Below are positions 38,590 through 51,110 of a stretch of 64,000 nucleotides of DNA, piece after piece. The translations under genes and the position numbers were made by a program. The DNA lies in assembly GCF_009834535.1 (NCBI RefSeq), contig NC_045698.1, forward strand, positions 5,086,001 through 5,150,000. Reading direction: 5' to 3'. The stretch comes from Camelus ferus (Eukaryota). Positions within the stretch are counted from its first letter, which is position 1. The number at the start of each line of letters is the position of its first letter. The notes beneath the pieces are model-generated. The model saw only the letters and a list, made by a program, of their open reading frames with translations. It had not been told where the DNA came from and ran no database searches.

Positions 38590-41430
38590 ACTCAAGAGAG
38601 CTTATGATTAAATACATCGTTATGTTTCAGTTTCTTATGCCTTCTTCATAAATTAACTCTGTTATTATTATTATGTAATGTGCTTCTCTGTCCTTGGTAA
38701 TATTCCTTATTCTGAAGTATACTTTGCCTGACAAAACGTAGGCCACTCCAGTTTATTTTAGTTAGAGTCATATGGTATATCTTTTTCCATTTGTTTTACT
38801 TTGAGTTTCTCCGTGTCTTCATATTTCAGTTGGGTCTCTTGGAAGCAGTACAATGTTGGGTGTTCCTTTTTTATCCGATACGGCCATCTCTGCCTTTTCA
38901 TTGGCGGATTAGCATGTTTACTTTGGTGTAAGTATTGATAAGACTAGATTAAAGATGTCTATTGTGTTAGCTGTTTTCTGTTGGTTCCACCTGCCCTTTT
39001 GTCATGTAAGATCTTTATCTGCCTGCTTTTTGCTGGATTATTTCTTATAATCCGTTTCTGTCTCTGACATCAGCTTATCATTTATACCTCTTACAGATTT
39101 TCAGCGTAGACTCTTCGTTGCAGTCTACTTTCAAACCGTATTATACCAGCTTCACAAGAACTGACAGTACCTCTAACAGTGTGCAGCCCAACTTCCCTCC
39201 CAGTTTTTGTGCTATTGTTGTCATTTATCTTATTTTTCCATATGCTATAAATCTGCAGTATATGGCTACTGGTTTTCCTTGATAAAATAAATTATACTTT
39301 AGAATGATATTTTTAACAAAGGAAATAATGTGCTTTACATTTAGCTTTCTTTTAATCATTTCTGGAGATTTTCATTTGTTTGTGTAGATCCAAGTTTCTG
39401 TAGTGTTGCCCTGCTGATAATGAATCCTCCAAGTTCTCATTTCTCTGAAGAAAAAAGGTCTTTATTTTTCCTTCACTTTGAGAGAGGTTTTCTCTGTATA
39501 CAGACGCTGATTTGACCTTTTTTTTCTTTCCCCCTTTGAACATTTTGAAGGTGTCAATCTATTGTTTTCTATCTCTCATAGTTTCTAAGGAGGAGGTGGC
39601 TGTAATTCTTCACTTCGATTCCCTCTTTGGTTCCCCTGAAAGCCTTCAAAATTATCTCTTTGTTTTTGGATTTCAGCAGCTTGAAAATAATGAGTAAGGT
39701 CTAGTAGGGTTGTTGTTGGTTTTTTTCCCATTCATCCTGAGGTCCTTGGAACTGTTTGATGTGTTTCATTATTTGTGGGGAAATCTTCAGCTGCTATTTC
39801 TTCTGTTGCAGCCTCTCTTCTCCACGTGGGATTCTGATCACACATGTGTTACAGGCTGTTTGCTATTATTTCACAATGCTGAGATGTACTAGTCTTTTTT
39901 TTTTCTCTCTTCTCTTTTTGTTCAAGTTTGGTTAATTTCTATCAAGCCATCTTCACTTTCAATGAACCATAAAAATATGGAAGCAGAGATGAAGGAGGCC
40001 CTTCACAGCCTGTGACAATACTGTATTTCTAGCAGTCAACCCCACTCTGCTGCTCCTCACGTCTTCTCCCTTGCTGCTGGAGTTCTCTGTGTGTCCATGC
40101 ACGTGTTCACCTCTGCACTGGAGTGCCCCAATATGTCAGTTACGGATATTTTCAGTTTCCTTTCAGCATCGCATATGTATCTGGATTTCTAGCTTGCTTT
40201 GTCTCTTGTTGGTGCATTTTCCCTTACATTTTTGTGTATATAACTATACTTTAGATTGAATGTGGGACTTTACAAGAAGAAGAGTAGAGATGGAGATAGG
40301 ATTTATGCCTGGAGATGGGCAGGCCTCTCCTTCAGTGAGGCCGCCAGTGTGCAGGGTGGAGTCAGGCTTGTCAGGAGCTGTGCCGGGTCTGGGCTTTGTC
40401 CAGGCAAGCAACTTCACTGTGCCACTAATCTTGTAGTTCTTCACCTTGCCCGTAGAGTGTGTTCTGGTTTGTGGTGGGTTTTTTCCAATGTTCTTCCTCT
40501 ATTGTCAGCTTCGGGCCTTTCTTTTGTGTCCTGCCCCCCTGAGAGGGTCTCTCTTTCCAGTCCTGCCCTCCCCTCCCCCAGTAGCAGACCTGTCTTACTT
40601 GTCACTTGGTACTTACAAGCCTAATGACAGGCACGGGAGGAGATGAGCTCTCTGCTGCACCGGATCTGCCTCAGTATCAGGCGGGCTCTGTGTCCGTGAC
40701 TGACAGGGGTCAGGGCTCTCAGTGGTCCTGCACCTCCCCAGAACGAGGGACTTCTTAGCATCTGGACCCAGATGTTTCCTGCCCCACCTCCCAGGGATAG
40801 AGGACGCTTTTAAAAAATGTATTTGCTCTCCTCCTGGCCACAGTGGATCTTCACTTGTGCTCTGAGGGTGATAAGGTATGCTGCCTTTTCTCGGTGGCTT
40901 GGGACTTTGGGTGTCAGGGGGAAGGGTCAGCTTGCATCATCTGCCTTCTGCAGTGGTGGCCTTTCTCTTCTTCTGAGCATGGACCATCGAAGGAGCCTTC
41001 TCCCAGCCTCCCAACTGGCTCTAATCTTTTCCAGGAGCACTTGGTGCACGCCCATGGGGAAGAGCTTGTGAAGGGGTGTGGAGTGCCCAGCGCTCTCTGG
41101 GTATCTCAGCCCCCAGGGTTCCATCTTCTCACACTAGCCCACGCCCAGCCTTAGCAATCCAGGGAAAGTTTCAGCCAACATCTCCTCTCCTGCCCATGTG
41201 GGGTTCCTCTCTCCCATCTGTTCTAGCGCAGAGGAGTTAGGGCTCACCCCATCCGCCCCTCAGGGGCACCCATCTTCCCTGAGATTTCAGACTAGCTCAT
41301 TGTTCTGTGATGTCAGCTCTGTGATAAATTGGAGAAAAGCTATGAGTTTTTGGTGATCCTGCTTTTTCGTAGTGATAGGCTGGGAACGATGCTCTTTACA
41401 GGTTGCGGCATTTTAAGCAGAAGTCAGAAG
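38590..41430 (-). mobile_element. Old L1M relic spanning ORF2 5' part, ORF1 and a 5' region
   Basis: tccttattctgaagtatactttgcctga...ggtatatctttttccat (reverse ORF2 EN) and gtctttatttttccttcactttgagagagg (reverse ORF1 C-terminus; peptide SEGKIKTFF). The 40.3-41.4 kb part is less certain. Confidence 0.7.
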
Positions 41431-42019
41431 CTCTTATTTACGTATCTTCATATCCTTTTCATTCATCCACTCGTGGAACAAGGCTTTATTGAGTGTGCAC
41501 CAGGCCGGGCACAGAGCTGTGCGGGGAAGACACTGCAGACACCCAGGATGGACTCAGCTGTGCCTTCAGGGTCGTCCTAGCCAGTAAAGGAGATCATGCA
41601 TATAAAAAATGGAGAAATAATGAAGCAGAGGCAAACACTGGGAGTGCCCGCTTTGGAGCTTGGTGGGGCGCTGTTGTAGGGGCTGCAGACAAGTGTCTGA
41701 TACGGGGGTGGGTAGTGGGTGGTGGCCTCCTTGGAGAGGCTGAAACCTGAAGACTAAAGAGAAGCCAGACTTGTTAAAAGTTGTGGTTGTGGTGGTTTGG
41801 GGCAGGGATTTGGGGAGAACTTTCCAGCAGAGAAAATATCAGAGGGCCTGGGGCGGGGACTGCTACAGAGACTGACTAAACTGCCTTGAACCTGGAGAGG
41901 GAGGCCTCCTGAGTGAGGGGGAGACACAGGCAGTCCGGGTCCTGCTGGTTGCCGTGCAGGGATGCTGAGCTTGTGTGCTAAGTGCGTCGGGCAGTGGCTG
42001 GCGGATTGAGAAAGGACAG

Positions 42020-42461
42020 TGTCTCAGCCCAGGTCCTAGTGGGAGACAGATGGCATGCTCAGACGGGGGGCTGAGAGTCAATTAAGGAAGGTGGTGTTCA
42101 CAAGATCTAGACAAGTTTAAAAGAAACCAGCCCGGGCTGGGGAAGCCCCGAGGTTAGACCCAACAGGGAGCTGTTACCACCTGAGCCTGAAGTGGGAAGG
42201 AGGAGCCAGTAGCCCCAGGCTGGGGGAAGATGGGTTCTGGGAGAGTCCCCAAAGGTGTCGTGGCTTTTGCTGGAGGGACGCTGCCCTGCAGTGATTCAGT
42301 CACGGAAGCCCTCTCCGCTCTTGCCTAAGCAGCTAACTGGTAAACCCCACTGGAGGCCAAAATGGAAAGGAGCCCATTAGCCCAGTTTTCAGATGTCAGC
42401 CTCTCAGGCGCAGGGCAGAGGGAAGAACAGACGTGGAAGGGAAAACGGGACGTATGCAGCA
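42020..42461. mobile_element. ERVL solo LTR (LTR41-like)
   Basis: ggtcctagtgggagacagatggcatgctcaga...caacagggagctgttaccacctgagcctgaag matches a recalled ERVL LTR consensus. Subfamily is uncertain. Confidence 0.5.
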
Positions 42462-42655
42462 CTGAGAGAAATAGGAAATGAGTTCCTTTTTGGAGAGGTC
42501 ACTCCACCAGTGGTCAGACAGCGGACAGGAGGGGCGGACGTGTGATGAGCAGTGAGCGCGGTGAGAGGCTCCTCCCAGCACTCAGGAGGAGAGGGGAGAT
42601 GCTGGGTGGCCAGGCAGTGACCACGGGAAAGACTGATGGACGTGGGATATATTTT

Positions 42656-42802
42656 GGGGAGGAGGGTATAGCTCAAGTGGTAGAGCGCATGCTCAGCATG
42701 CACAAGGTCCTGGGTTCAATCCCCAGCACCTCTTCTAAAAAAAAATAAATAAACCTAATTATCTCCCCTGCCCCGCCCCAATAATAACAACAACAACAAA
42801 CA
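42656..42802 (+). mobile_element. tRNA-Ala-derived SINE (camelid vic-1-like)
   Basis: Head ggggaggagggtatagctcaagtggtagagcgcatgctcagcatgcacaaggtcctgggttcaatcccc contains pol III A and B boxes, followed by an A-rich tail. TSD gacgtgggatatatttt (42639-42655) / gacataggatatatttt (42803-42819). Confidence 0.9.
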
Positions 42803-42893
42803 GACATAGGATATATTTTTAACTTAGAACAAACAGGACTTGTTGGGTAAGATGTGAAGGGTGAGGCAAAGTCAAGGATAATTCACAGGCTTT

Positions 42894-43061
42894 GTTTTTT
42901 TTTTTTTTAATTTATGTTTAGCTTTATTTTTTAAAGAAACATACTCTTTTTTGTGGCCATTTTTTATGGCTTTTGTTTTTTTTAATGGAGGTACTGGAGA
43001 TTGAACCCAGGACCTTGTGCATGCTAAGCATGCGCTCTATGCCTGAGCTATACCCTCCCAC
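42894..43061 (-). mobile_element. Second tRNA-Ala-derived SINE (vic-1-like), opposite orientation
   Basis: Reverse complement reads gggagggtatagctcaggcatagagcgcatgcttagcatgcacaaggtcctgggttcaatctccagtacctcc plus an A-rich tail. TSD ttcacaggcttt (42882-42893) / ttcgcaggcttt (43062-43073). Confidence 0.9.
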
Positions 43062-43339
43062 TTCGCAGGCTTTTTTAACAGGACAAAACCAGCACTTTTT
43101 TTTTTTCTGAAATGGGAGCTGCTGTGGCAAGACCAAGCTGAGGGGAGGAATCCAGAGTGATGTTTTGGAGATTTTAAGTCTGAGGCAACTTTGGGGCTGC
43201 CAAGTGGATGTGTCAAGCAGGAAGTCATCCATCTTCTAATAAAACTGTCTTCTAATGAAAAAGTCTTCTAAGATGGAAATAATGTCTCTAATGGGAACGT
43301 ATTTTTGAAGTCCACTGTCTTGACTTTACAACTCGATAG

Positions 43340-44435
43340 TCAGAGAGGATGTAGCCAGACATGAAAAGAATGGGAGAAAATATTTGCAAATCATCTATCT
43401 GATAAGGGGTTAATACCCAAGACATGCAAGGAAGTCATACAATACAACAAAGAAAGAAAGAAATTCAATTTAAAAATAAGCAGGGGAACTGAACTGACAT
43501 TTTCCCAAAGAAGGCGCACCTGCCAACAGGTACGTGAGAAGATGTTTGACGCCACTAGTCATCAGGGAAATGCGCATCAAAACCACAGTACCACCTCACA
43601 TAAAAGGGTGTTGAGGAAGATGAGGGGAAAAGGGACCCTGGGTGCACTGTTGGTGGGAATGTATGTTGGTACAGCCACAATGGAAAACAGTATGGTAGTT
43701 TCTCAAAATACTAAAAATAGAACTACCATATGATCCAGCAGTCCTGCTTCTGGGTTCACATCCAAAGAAAATGAAATCAGGATCTCCAGGAGACATCTGC
43801 AGTCTCATGTTCATTGCAGCGTTATTCATAATTGCCAGAATATGGAAACAATTTAAATGTCTGTCTATGGATGAATGAATAAAGAAGATACAGTATATAG
43901 AAGGGAATGTTATTGGCGATGAGAAAGGAGGAAATACTGCAGTTTATGATGACGTGGGTAGACCTTGAGGGCGTTATGCTGAGTGAGATAAGACAGACGA
44001 AAAAGATAAACACTGTGTGATGTCACTGACATGTGGAGTCAAGAAAAGCCCAACTTACAGAAACAGAGAGTAGAAGGGTGGTTGCCAGGGGCTGGGGATG
44101 AGTAGGCGGGAATTGGGATGAAGTTGGTTAAAAGGTACAAACTTCCAGTTATGAGATGTTACAGGTTATAAATTCTGGGGGTCTGATGTGCAGCCACATG
44201 ATTATAGTCATCAGTACTGGGAAGTTGTTAAGAGAGTAGATCTTAAATGTTCTCACCACAAAAAAGACATGGTAGTTATGTGAGTGATGGAGGTGTTAAC
44301 TACGGTGGTAGTTACTACGTAGACCACTATGGTGGTCATCATTTCACAATATATAAGTGTGTCAGATCAGTATATTGTGTATCTTTCATTTATGCAATGT
44401 TATATGTCAGTTAAATCTCAATGAAGCTAAAAAAA
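43340..44435 (+). mobile_element. L1 (L1MA/MB-type) ORF2 C-terminus and 3' UTR
   Basis: gaatgggagaaaatatttgcaaatcatctatctgataagggg...tatatgtcagttaaatctcaatgaagctaaaaaaa. Confidence 0.92.
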
Positions 44436-46293
44436 GTCTGTCTTTTCTCTGACACCTAATAGTATTACTATCAGACCAGGAAATTTAAAAAATACTTCTT
44501 AAAAATCATCAAAGTTTAGCTCTGCAGATATTTCTCCAGATTCAGTTTATGTGGTAAAGCTTGTTCCACATTTAACAGGAGAGATCTGGGTGGGAATAAA
44601 AGTGTATAAGGGTTTGGCCAGAAGAACTGGCCCACAGCCAAGCCATATGGACCCCTCACATCTTGACGTGGGGCGAGGGAGCAGGCAGGGAGGTGGGTGA
44701 GAAACAGAGGGGAGGTGTGAGGGGAAGGCAGAGGGTGTGAGGATGAGGGATGCTCAGCAGGGTCAGAGACTCATCGGGTACCCAGGCTGAACAGGATGAA
44801 AATGTCATCCTATTCTGTTCCCTAAAAACCAGGCACTGGCTTCTTCTAAGGTCCCTTTCCTTTGGTGCCAGCAAGAGCTTTCTCAGCCTATTTTAAGTTG
44901 TTCGGCTGCTGGTGGATTTAGCTCTCCATGACCTACAGATGGCGCAGACCCCTGCAGGAGATCCCACACTCCCTGCAGCTCTTTCCCAGCGCTGGTGCTC
45001 TGGGTTGTCGACTCCAGATAAAGCATGCGCCAGATGGACGTCCAATGGCTTGTCTCCAGAAGTCTTTCATTCCAGAATTTTATTCCAGTAACTCTCTTTA
45101 TTCCAAAATCTTAGACTTGCTCACGTTGATCTCCGAGGTGGAAGTCGAAGTCTTGTCTTCTAATATACAAGTAATGTGTCCAATGAGAACAGTTTTGGAA
45201 GTTTGCTGTCTTTACTTCTTTCTGAGCCAGCAGCGATACCAGAGAGGAAACAGACTGCAGAGCAGCATGAAAAGAAATATCACATCTTCCTTTTCTGTGA
45301 CACCTAGAGGATCCCTATGAGTCCAGGAAATTGGGAAGTGCTTCTTGAAAACCATAAAATGTTAGCTCTGCACATAATTTCTGCAGGCTCAAATTTCTCT
45401 GCTAACGCCTGTTTCTCGTTGAACATGACCTCTCTCGTGTCCGTCCCCACCTCCCTCCATGTCTCCTCTAGCAGGATAATGGGAAGTAAAAGCCAGAGAT
45501 CTTTTCACAGTAGAGACTTTAATGTTTCCTCCAGTGACTGTGAAGGAGGCAGGCCAAGTCAAGACGCATGGGCTATTGAATTATGTTTTTAAGATACAGA
45601 AAAGTGATTTGCTGTCCTTAATCCCAGCCTAATTTCTCATATGACTTCACCGTCTGCCTCAGAGTATTGTCTGCCTGATTCTGGAACTGTCAGTTTTCAG
45701 GAAACAAATATCTGGAAACTTGCGTTTGTTTATATTCTGCTTGCTGCGTTTTTGGTGCTGAGTTGGGGTAATCTAGATTTAGGGGCTCTCTCGTCTGGTT
45801 CTCTGTCAGTTACACCATCGGATGGCCAAAACCTCTGTACCTGGCGCCAGAGACAGCACAGGCTGCTTGTAAAGGGGTGGGTGTTTTGTTCTCTGTAGAG
45901 AGCTTCTAAATACACGTATCTGATCTTCAGTTTATATGAGTTTCTGTGTTATAGGCAGGATACCTTGGCCGAAAGCATTGTTTGCAGCCTGGTCAGAGCT
46001 TGGACGCAGTCTGCAAACCTGAAACCTGTCTGTGTGAAGTTCACTGACCGGTACGGGGCCTAAACCTTCATCTTCACTGCATTATTGATCTGCTCTTAAC
46101 CTCCAGGATTTAAATAGAGCGGCAAAAAGAAATTTAGTTTTATCGATTATATGCGTGCACTCTGGCCGGCACAGTTACTGTTTGGGAATGGACACAGCTA
46201 TTAATTTACGGGAATTCAGTGTGCTTTATTTAGTCTTTTATCCTACATGGTGCCTGGGAGATTCTCTAATCTAGAAAGGATTTCATAACTAAT

Positions 46294-46318
46294 TGAATGA
46301 ATGAATGAATGAATGAAT
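46294..46318 (+). repeat. (GAAT)n microsatellite, possibly an L2 tail
   Basis: tgaatgaatgaatgaatgaatgaat. Confidence 0.85.
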
Positions 46319-49289
46319 ATAAAATCTTGGGTGATATAAGGTATGGTGGTGTGGTTTTCCTGTAACTTCATGTGCTTGCTTTCTCAGTGTCGCAAGCCCA
46401 GAATCTGCTCATCTTCTCCGAGGGGCAGGGATAACTTCCCGAGTATAACCTCGAAGCAGTTACAGCCTCCCAGTAAGGTTGTCTGGGGGGTGGGTTCACC
46501 GTCTGAGCAGTTGGGCTTTTTACCAGCCTCGTTTACTGATAATAAAATGATGAACAAGGATCCTCTTCCTACCAACATAGAAGGCTTTAAACAGACATGT
46601 AAGCTAATACTCACGTGGCCATCAACTAGCACCCACAGGCTGCGCTGATTGAGGAGATACGAATCCATGTAAAAGTACTGCTGCTCTTTCCATCAGTTTC
46701 CTGCCTACGTACTTCTTTGCATATGTGTTTGTGCTTCTACGAGTGTGTCTGTGTAATCTTAATAACCATAGAATATATTTGAACATACTGGGTGCTCAAA
46801 TATTTATTGAGTGAATGGTGTGTCTTTGCTGCTCAAAGAATGCTTATTGAACTGTTTGGGGAAGAAAATGGAAGCACATTTGATAAGGTACAACTGTCGT
46901 GTATCTAATCTTTTCTGTTAGGCCGATCTTTGAGGCAAACAAAGGCCCCTCTGTTTCTACAGGGTAATTGGCCCCAACACACTCTGATGTTTTTCTAAAG
47001 GGAGAGTTCCTGGCCTGAAACAGATTTCGTTCCGAAAGTATGTTTGTTTTTCACTGATGACACATTAGAGTAAACGAAAGGGCTGACAGATTTTGTATGA
47101 TGTGTTGGGAGTTGGAGGAAAACACTGAGCCTTCCATGTACCACAGCTGCACGCGGGGCATTTAATAACAGCCCGCCATCTACGAAGGGTGTGGATGTTT
47201 TAAATTGTAACTTGTTATTTTAGGGTGGTATTTATACTAGTAAAATGTTGCCTGAATTTATACTGAAGAAGATCTTATGGAATTCAGTAATTAAACTTGT
47301 AAATTCACTGTTTTTCATATTATATAATTTTCAGGGTTTGGATGACTTGGCAGAAACCATGCAGAAACTTAGCAGAAAGGATGATTAAATGTATGATGCG
47401 TGAGTGGTGGCAACCTTGGAACCTCAAGTAGGTTAATATATTATGCACTCGGCTCATGAATGTGTTTCACGCGTTCGTGCTTTTAGGGGACCAAATTCAG
47501 CATGATGCCATACAGAACAAAAGTATAACTTTTTAAAAAAGGGACACATTTGAAAGAGTGACAGGTTTATAAATAAAGCCTGATGTCTCAGATATACTAT
47601 ATTGGCTCATTCTTTGTAGCTTACGTGCTGGGATCATGAGGTCCTTTAGTCCTTTACTCATGCATAAAAGAAAGTCCAGCTTTGACCGCAGGAGGTGTCT
47701 GATTCTCGCTGCAGCCTCCCAGCTTGGCGAGTCTGCTCCGTCAGTAAGGTCTGCCCTGTTTATTTCTAAGCTGTTGTGATCACTGTAGGAAGCTAGTTTT
47801 GAATGACGTTCTGAGAGTCATGATTTAGGGGCATGATTATGGCTCTCAGCCTGTAAAATGTGAATTTCCCCTTCTGATTTGGAAACAGTCTAAGACTTGA
47901 CTTTTCAGAAAGGGCTGATACAGTGGAAGGCTGTGACGACTGAAGAGTGGACAACTTACGGCGTCCCTCCGAGAACACACTAGCTTTCCCGGAATTGAAG
48001 GCTGCGGTGCATTTCAAGAAAGATGCATTCCATCTTAGAAAGCACAGTTGCATTTTGTTTAAGTCATTATTAACCACGATACCAAAAACATTTCCTTTCA
48101 TGAATGTCATGCAAAATATAATAGTTTAAAACTCCTTTACCTTAAAGTGGTTCTGTCGCGCTCCCCACATGACCACGGTTCGGATGTACGTGGACCCAGG
48201 GAGGCGGCACAGGGCTGGGGTGCCCAGTGGAAGGCGGCCACAAGCAGGCTTTTCAGATGCAGATGCCTCTGCAGGGGGGGCTGCTGCCTCCTGTACCTGC
48301 AGCTGCACCCAGGACCCACCTCTCCGCGTCCTCCTCTCCCTCCCGCTGTGGGTGGCCTCCTGATTCCCCTCTTCCACTCGGAATCCTGACGTATGTGCAG
48401 AGTGCACTTCAGTTGACTTTTACTCTCTGGGGCTTGTTGACCTTCAGTGTTCGCTCTCTCTCTAAGAACAACAACTGCCATTTGTATAATACAAGACAAC
48501 TTACAGGTATTTTTACACAAACTCGTATTATTGACATTAAAATGTCGATAGAACAGATTTTCTGTTTTATAGGTGAGGACACCCAGGTTCTAACAAGTTG
48601 AAAGATACTGCTGTAGGGCACTGATGTCTGCTTTTCACCAGTCTGTACGTGAAATATTCTTCCTCTTGACAAAATATAATTTTTTAATCAGTTATAAGTT
48701 CCCCAATTTTTATTCCATGTATAGGCTGCTGAACTGAAAACGTGACAGATAATGCTTTGCGAAGTCTCCTCAAGTGACCAGTTGAAAAACAAATGACAGC
48801 TTTCACGGTTTATTTATAATCTCATAACACCCAATTAGGAAATGCATTAGGGAGAAATAATCCAATTTATGAGATCTACAGAATTAGAAAGGTTTTTAGA
48901 AGTAAGCTCCGTAACAAATGGGCATGACCTTTATGAAGAAAACAGTGAAGCTGTCTGAGTGTACGGATTGAAGCTTGAGCAGGTGAAGCCTGGAGCGTCC
49001 TGCTGGGGAGGGGCTCCCGCCCTGCCCCCTTCCCTTCCACTTCCAGGAAAGTAGCTGCTCTCAGCTGGTTAGTCCAAGCCTCTCCCACTCTCAGAAGATA
49101 ATCTTGCGTCGTCTCCTGTTTCCCTGGAAAGTTCTGAAGATTGGCTCCCACCACCACGCCCACCTCCCTGCACTTCTAGGCGGGCCTTCCTGCCTGTCAT
49201 GGCTTTGGCCTGCCTGTGCACCCCCTTACTGGGGCCAACTCTTCCTCGTGACTGCTTTTCAGGTATCTTCAGCTACCAAAGGGTATGAT

Positions 49290-50300
49290 TTTCTCCTTTC
49301 TCTCTCGCATCTTAACGTTCTCCCTCTCTCCTAGACCTCCTTCAGCACGCCAGCATGCTGTTCTTAAATCTTACAAAATGACTTTCTTTAATCGAAATAT
49401 AGTTCATTTACAATGTTGTTAGTTTCAGGTGTGCAGCATAGTGATTCAGTTATACATTTATATGTATGTGCTTTTTCATTATAGGCTGTTACAAGCTACT
49501 GAATATAGTTCCCTGTGCCATACAGTAGGACCTTGTTGTGTATCTGTTTTACATATAGTACTTTGTATCTGCTAATCTCAAATTCCTAATTTATCCCTCC
49601 CCTCGTTCCCCTTTGGTAACCAGAAATTTTGTTGTCTTTTTTTGTGAATCTTTCTGTTTTGTAAATAAGTTCATTTGTATCAGTTTTTTAGATTCTACAT
49701 ATAAGTGATATCATATGGTATTTGTCTCTGTCTGATTTAGGATGATAATCTCTAGATCCATCCATGTTGCTGCAAATGGCATTATTTCATTATTTTTATG
49801 GCTGAGTAATATTCCATTATGGTATGTGTGTGTGTGTGTGTGTGTGTGTTTGTGTGTGTACACATACCACATCTTTATCCAGTCATCTGTGGATGGACGT
49901 TTAGGTTGCTTCCATGTCTTGGCTTTTGTAAACAGTGCTTCTATGAACATTGGGGTGCATGTGTCTTTCCTAATTAGAGACAAAATGACACTCTTGACCC
50001 CATTTCCCATGAACTACCATCTCATTCTTCTCTTTCTATTTATAACAAAACTCCTTGAAGAGTTGTCTGTGCTGTCTGGTGACAGTTGTTCTTGGACCCC
50101 ACACCAGTCCAGAGTGGGATGAGGTCAGTAATGAGGTCAGAGTGGCCAGAGGAGAGCAGAGGTCACAGCTGCCCGTTTGGGGGAAACTGCTCTTGTCAAG
50201 GTCACCAGTAATTTCCGTGTTGCTAAATCCAGTGGTCAGTTCTCAGCCCACCTTTTTCTTGCTCTACACAGTGCATTTTTTTCTCCCTCTGAAACTTGAA
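49290..50300 (+). mobile_element. L2 relic (split by the L1 at 49389-49979)
   Basis: caaaactccttgaagagttgtctg and aaactgctcttgtcaaggtcaccagtaatttccgtgttgctaaatccagtggtcagttctcag are L2 ORF2 motifs. Confidence 0.75.
49389..49979 (-). mobile_element. 5'-truncated L1 3' end with an internal (TG)n tract (~49825-49859), inserted into an L2 relic
   Basis: Minus ORF KDTCTPMFIEALFTKAKTWKQPK. TSD acaaaatgactttctt (49373-49388) / acaaaatgacactctt (49980-49995). Confidence 0.93.
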
Positions 50301-50384
50301 TAAGCATGGCTATGCACACATTTGAAACTTTTCTAAGTCTAGAAAGAAAACACAGACACATACAATAAACAGTTCTGAAAAAAA

Positions 50385-51110
50385 CCTATCAGTTGGGGAA
50401 AATACTCAAAACATATGTGAGAGGCAAAAGATTAATATTCTTGAAATTTAGAGAGTTTTTTCAGATTAATTAAAAAAAAGATCAAAGCCCCCCAAAAGGA
50501 GTAGACAGAGACATGAATGTAAAATTCACAGAACAGATATAAGTGAAAAAAATCTAAGTTCAGTCTTACCAATAATAAATTCAAGTTAACTTGTCAGGGA
50601 TATGACATTTTCAAAACAGAAAGAATAATAATGCAAAACAGAGCAGGCATATTTATATGCTGCCACTGGCGTGTAGGTTGCTACACGTCCCTGGAAAGGA
50701 TTTTGGCAAATTTTTCCTCAAGTCTCAAAATGTGCATCTCTTTCAACATATTAGTTCTGCATCTGGTAAACTATCCTAAGAACATAATTACACAAATATG
50801 CAAAAGATGTTTCTGAATTTATAGAAGCATAGAGAAGCTCTCTGTTACAAAATATCTGTTGGTACACTAGTGAAAATTATAATATGAAGTTGTGTTAATA
50901 TCCCAATTGTGATATGTCGCTGCAAAGTAATGTGTATGATACAATCCCAATTTTTTAAATTTATCAGAAAAAAAGCTAGAAGGATACATACCCAGATAAT
51001 AAAATGAGTGACCTATGGCTGTGAGAGATATTTACATTGATTTACCCTCTCATTTGATCTCCCATGTTTCCTGTAATGGATACCTATTGCTCTGAATATA
51101 AAATAGTAAA
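50385..51110 (+). mobile_element. Old L1ME 3' relic
   Basis: ggggaaaatactcaaaacatatgtgagaggcaaaagattaatattc...aaaatgtgcatctctttcaac...acacaaatatgcaaaagatg. Confidence 0.65.

Larger units (their letters stand above)
41460..43225 (-). mobile_element. L2 relic interrupted by an LTR and two SINEs
   Basis: L2 3' end attcatccac...tttattgag at 41460. Internal L2 motifs agtcaaggataattc (~42870) and gttttggagattttaagtctgag...ccaagtggatgtgtcaagcagg (~43160-43222). Confidence 0.6.

Noticed and set aside
42656..42735. tRNA-Ala-like gene (also 42985-43061 on the minus strand)
   Set aside because: Both have A-rich tails and target-site duplications, so they are SINE heads rather than tRNA genes.
44932..44945. 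CTCF-like motif cctacagatggcgc
   Set aside because: Mismatch in the core and no supporting context; cannot be supported from sequence alone.
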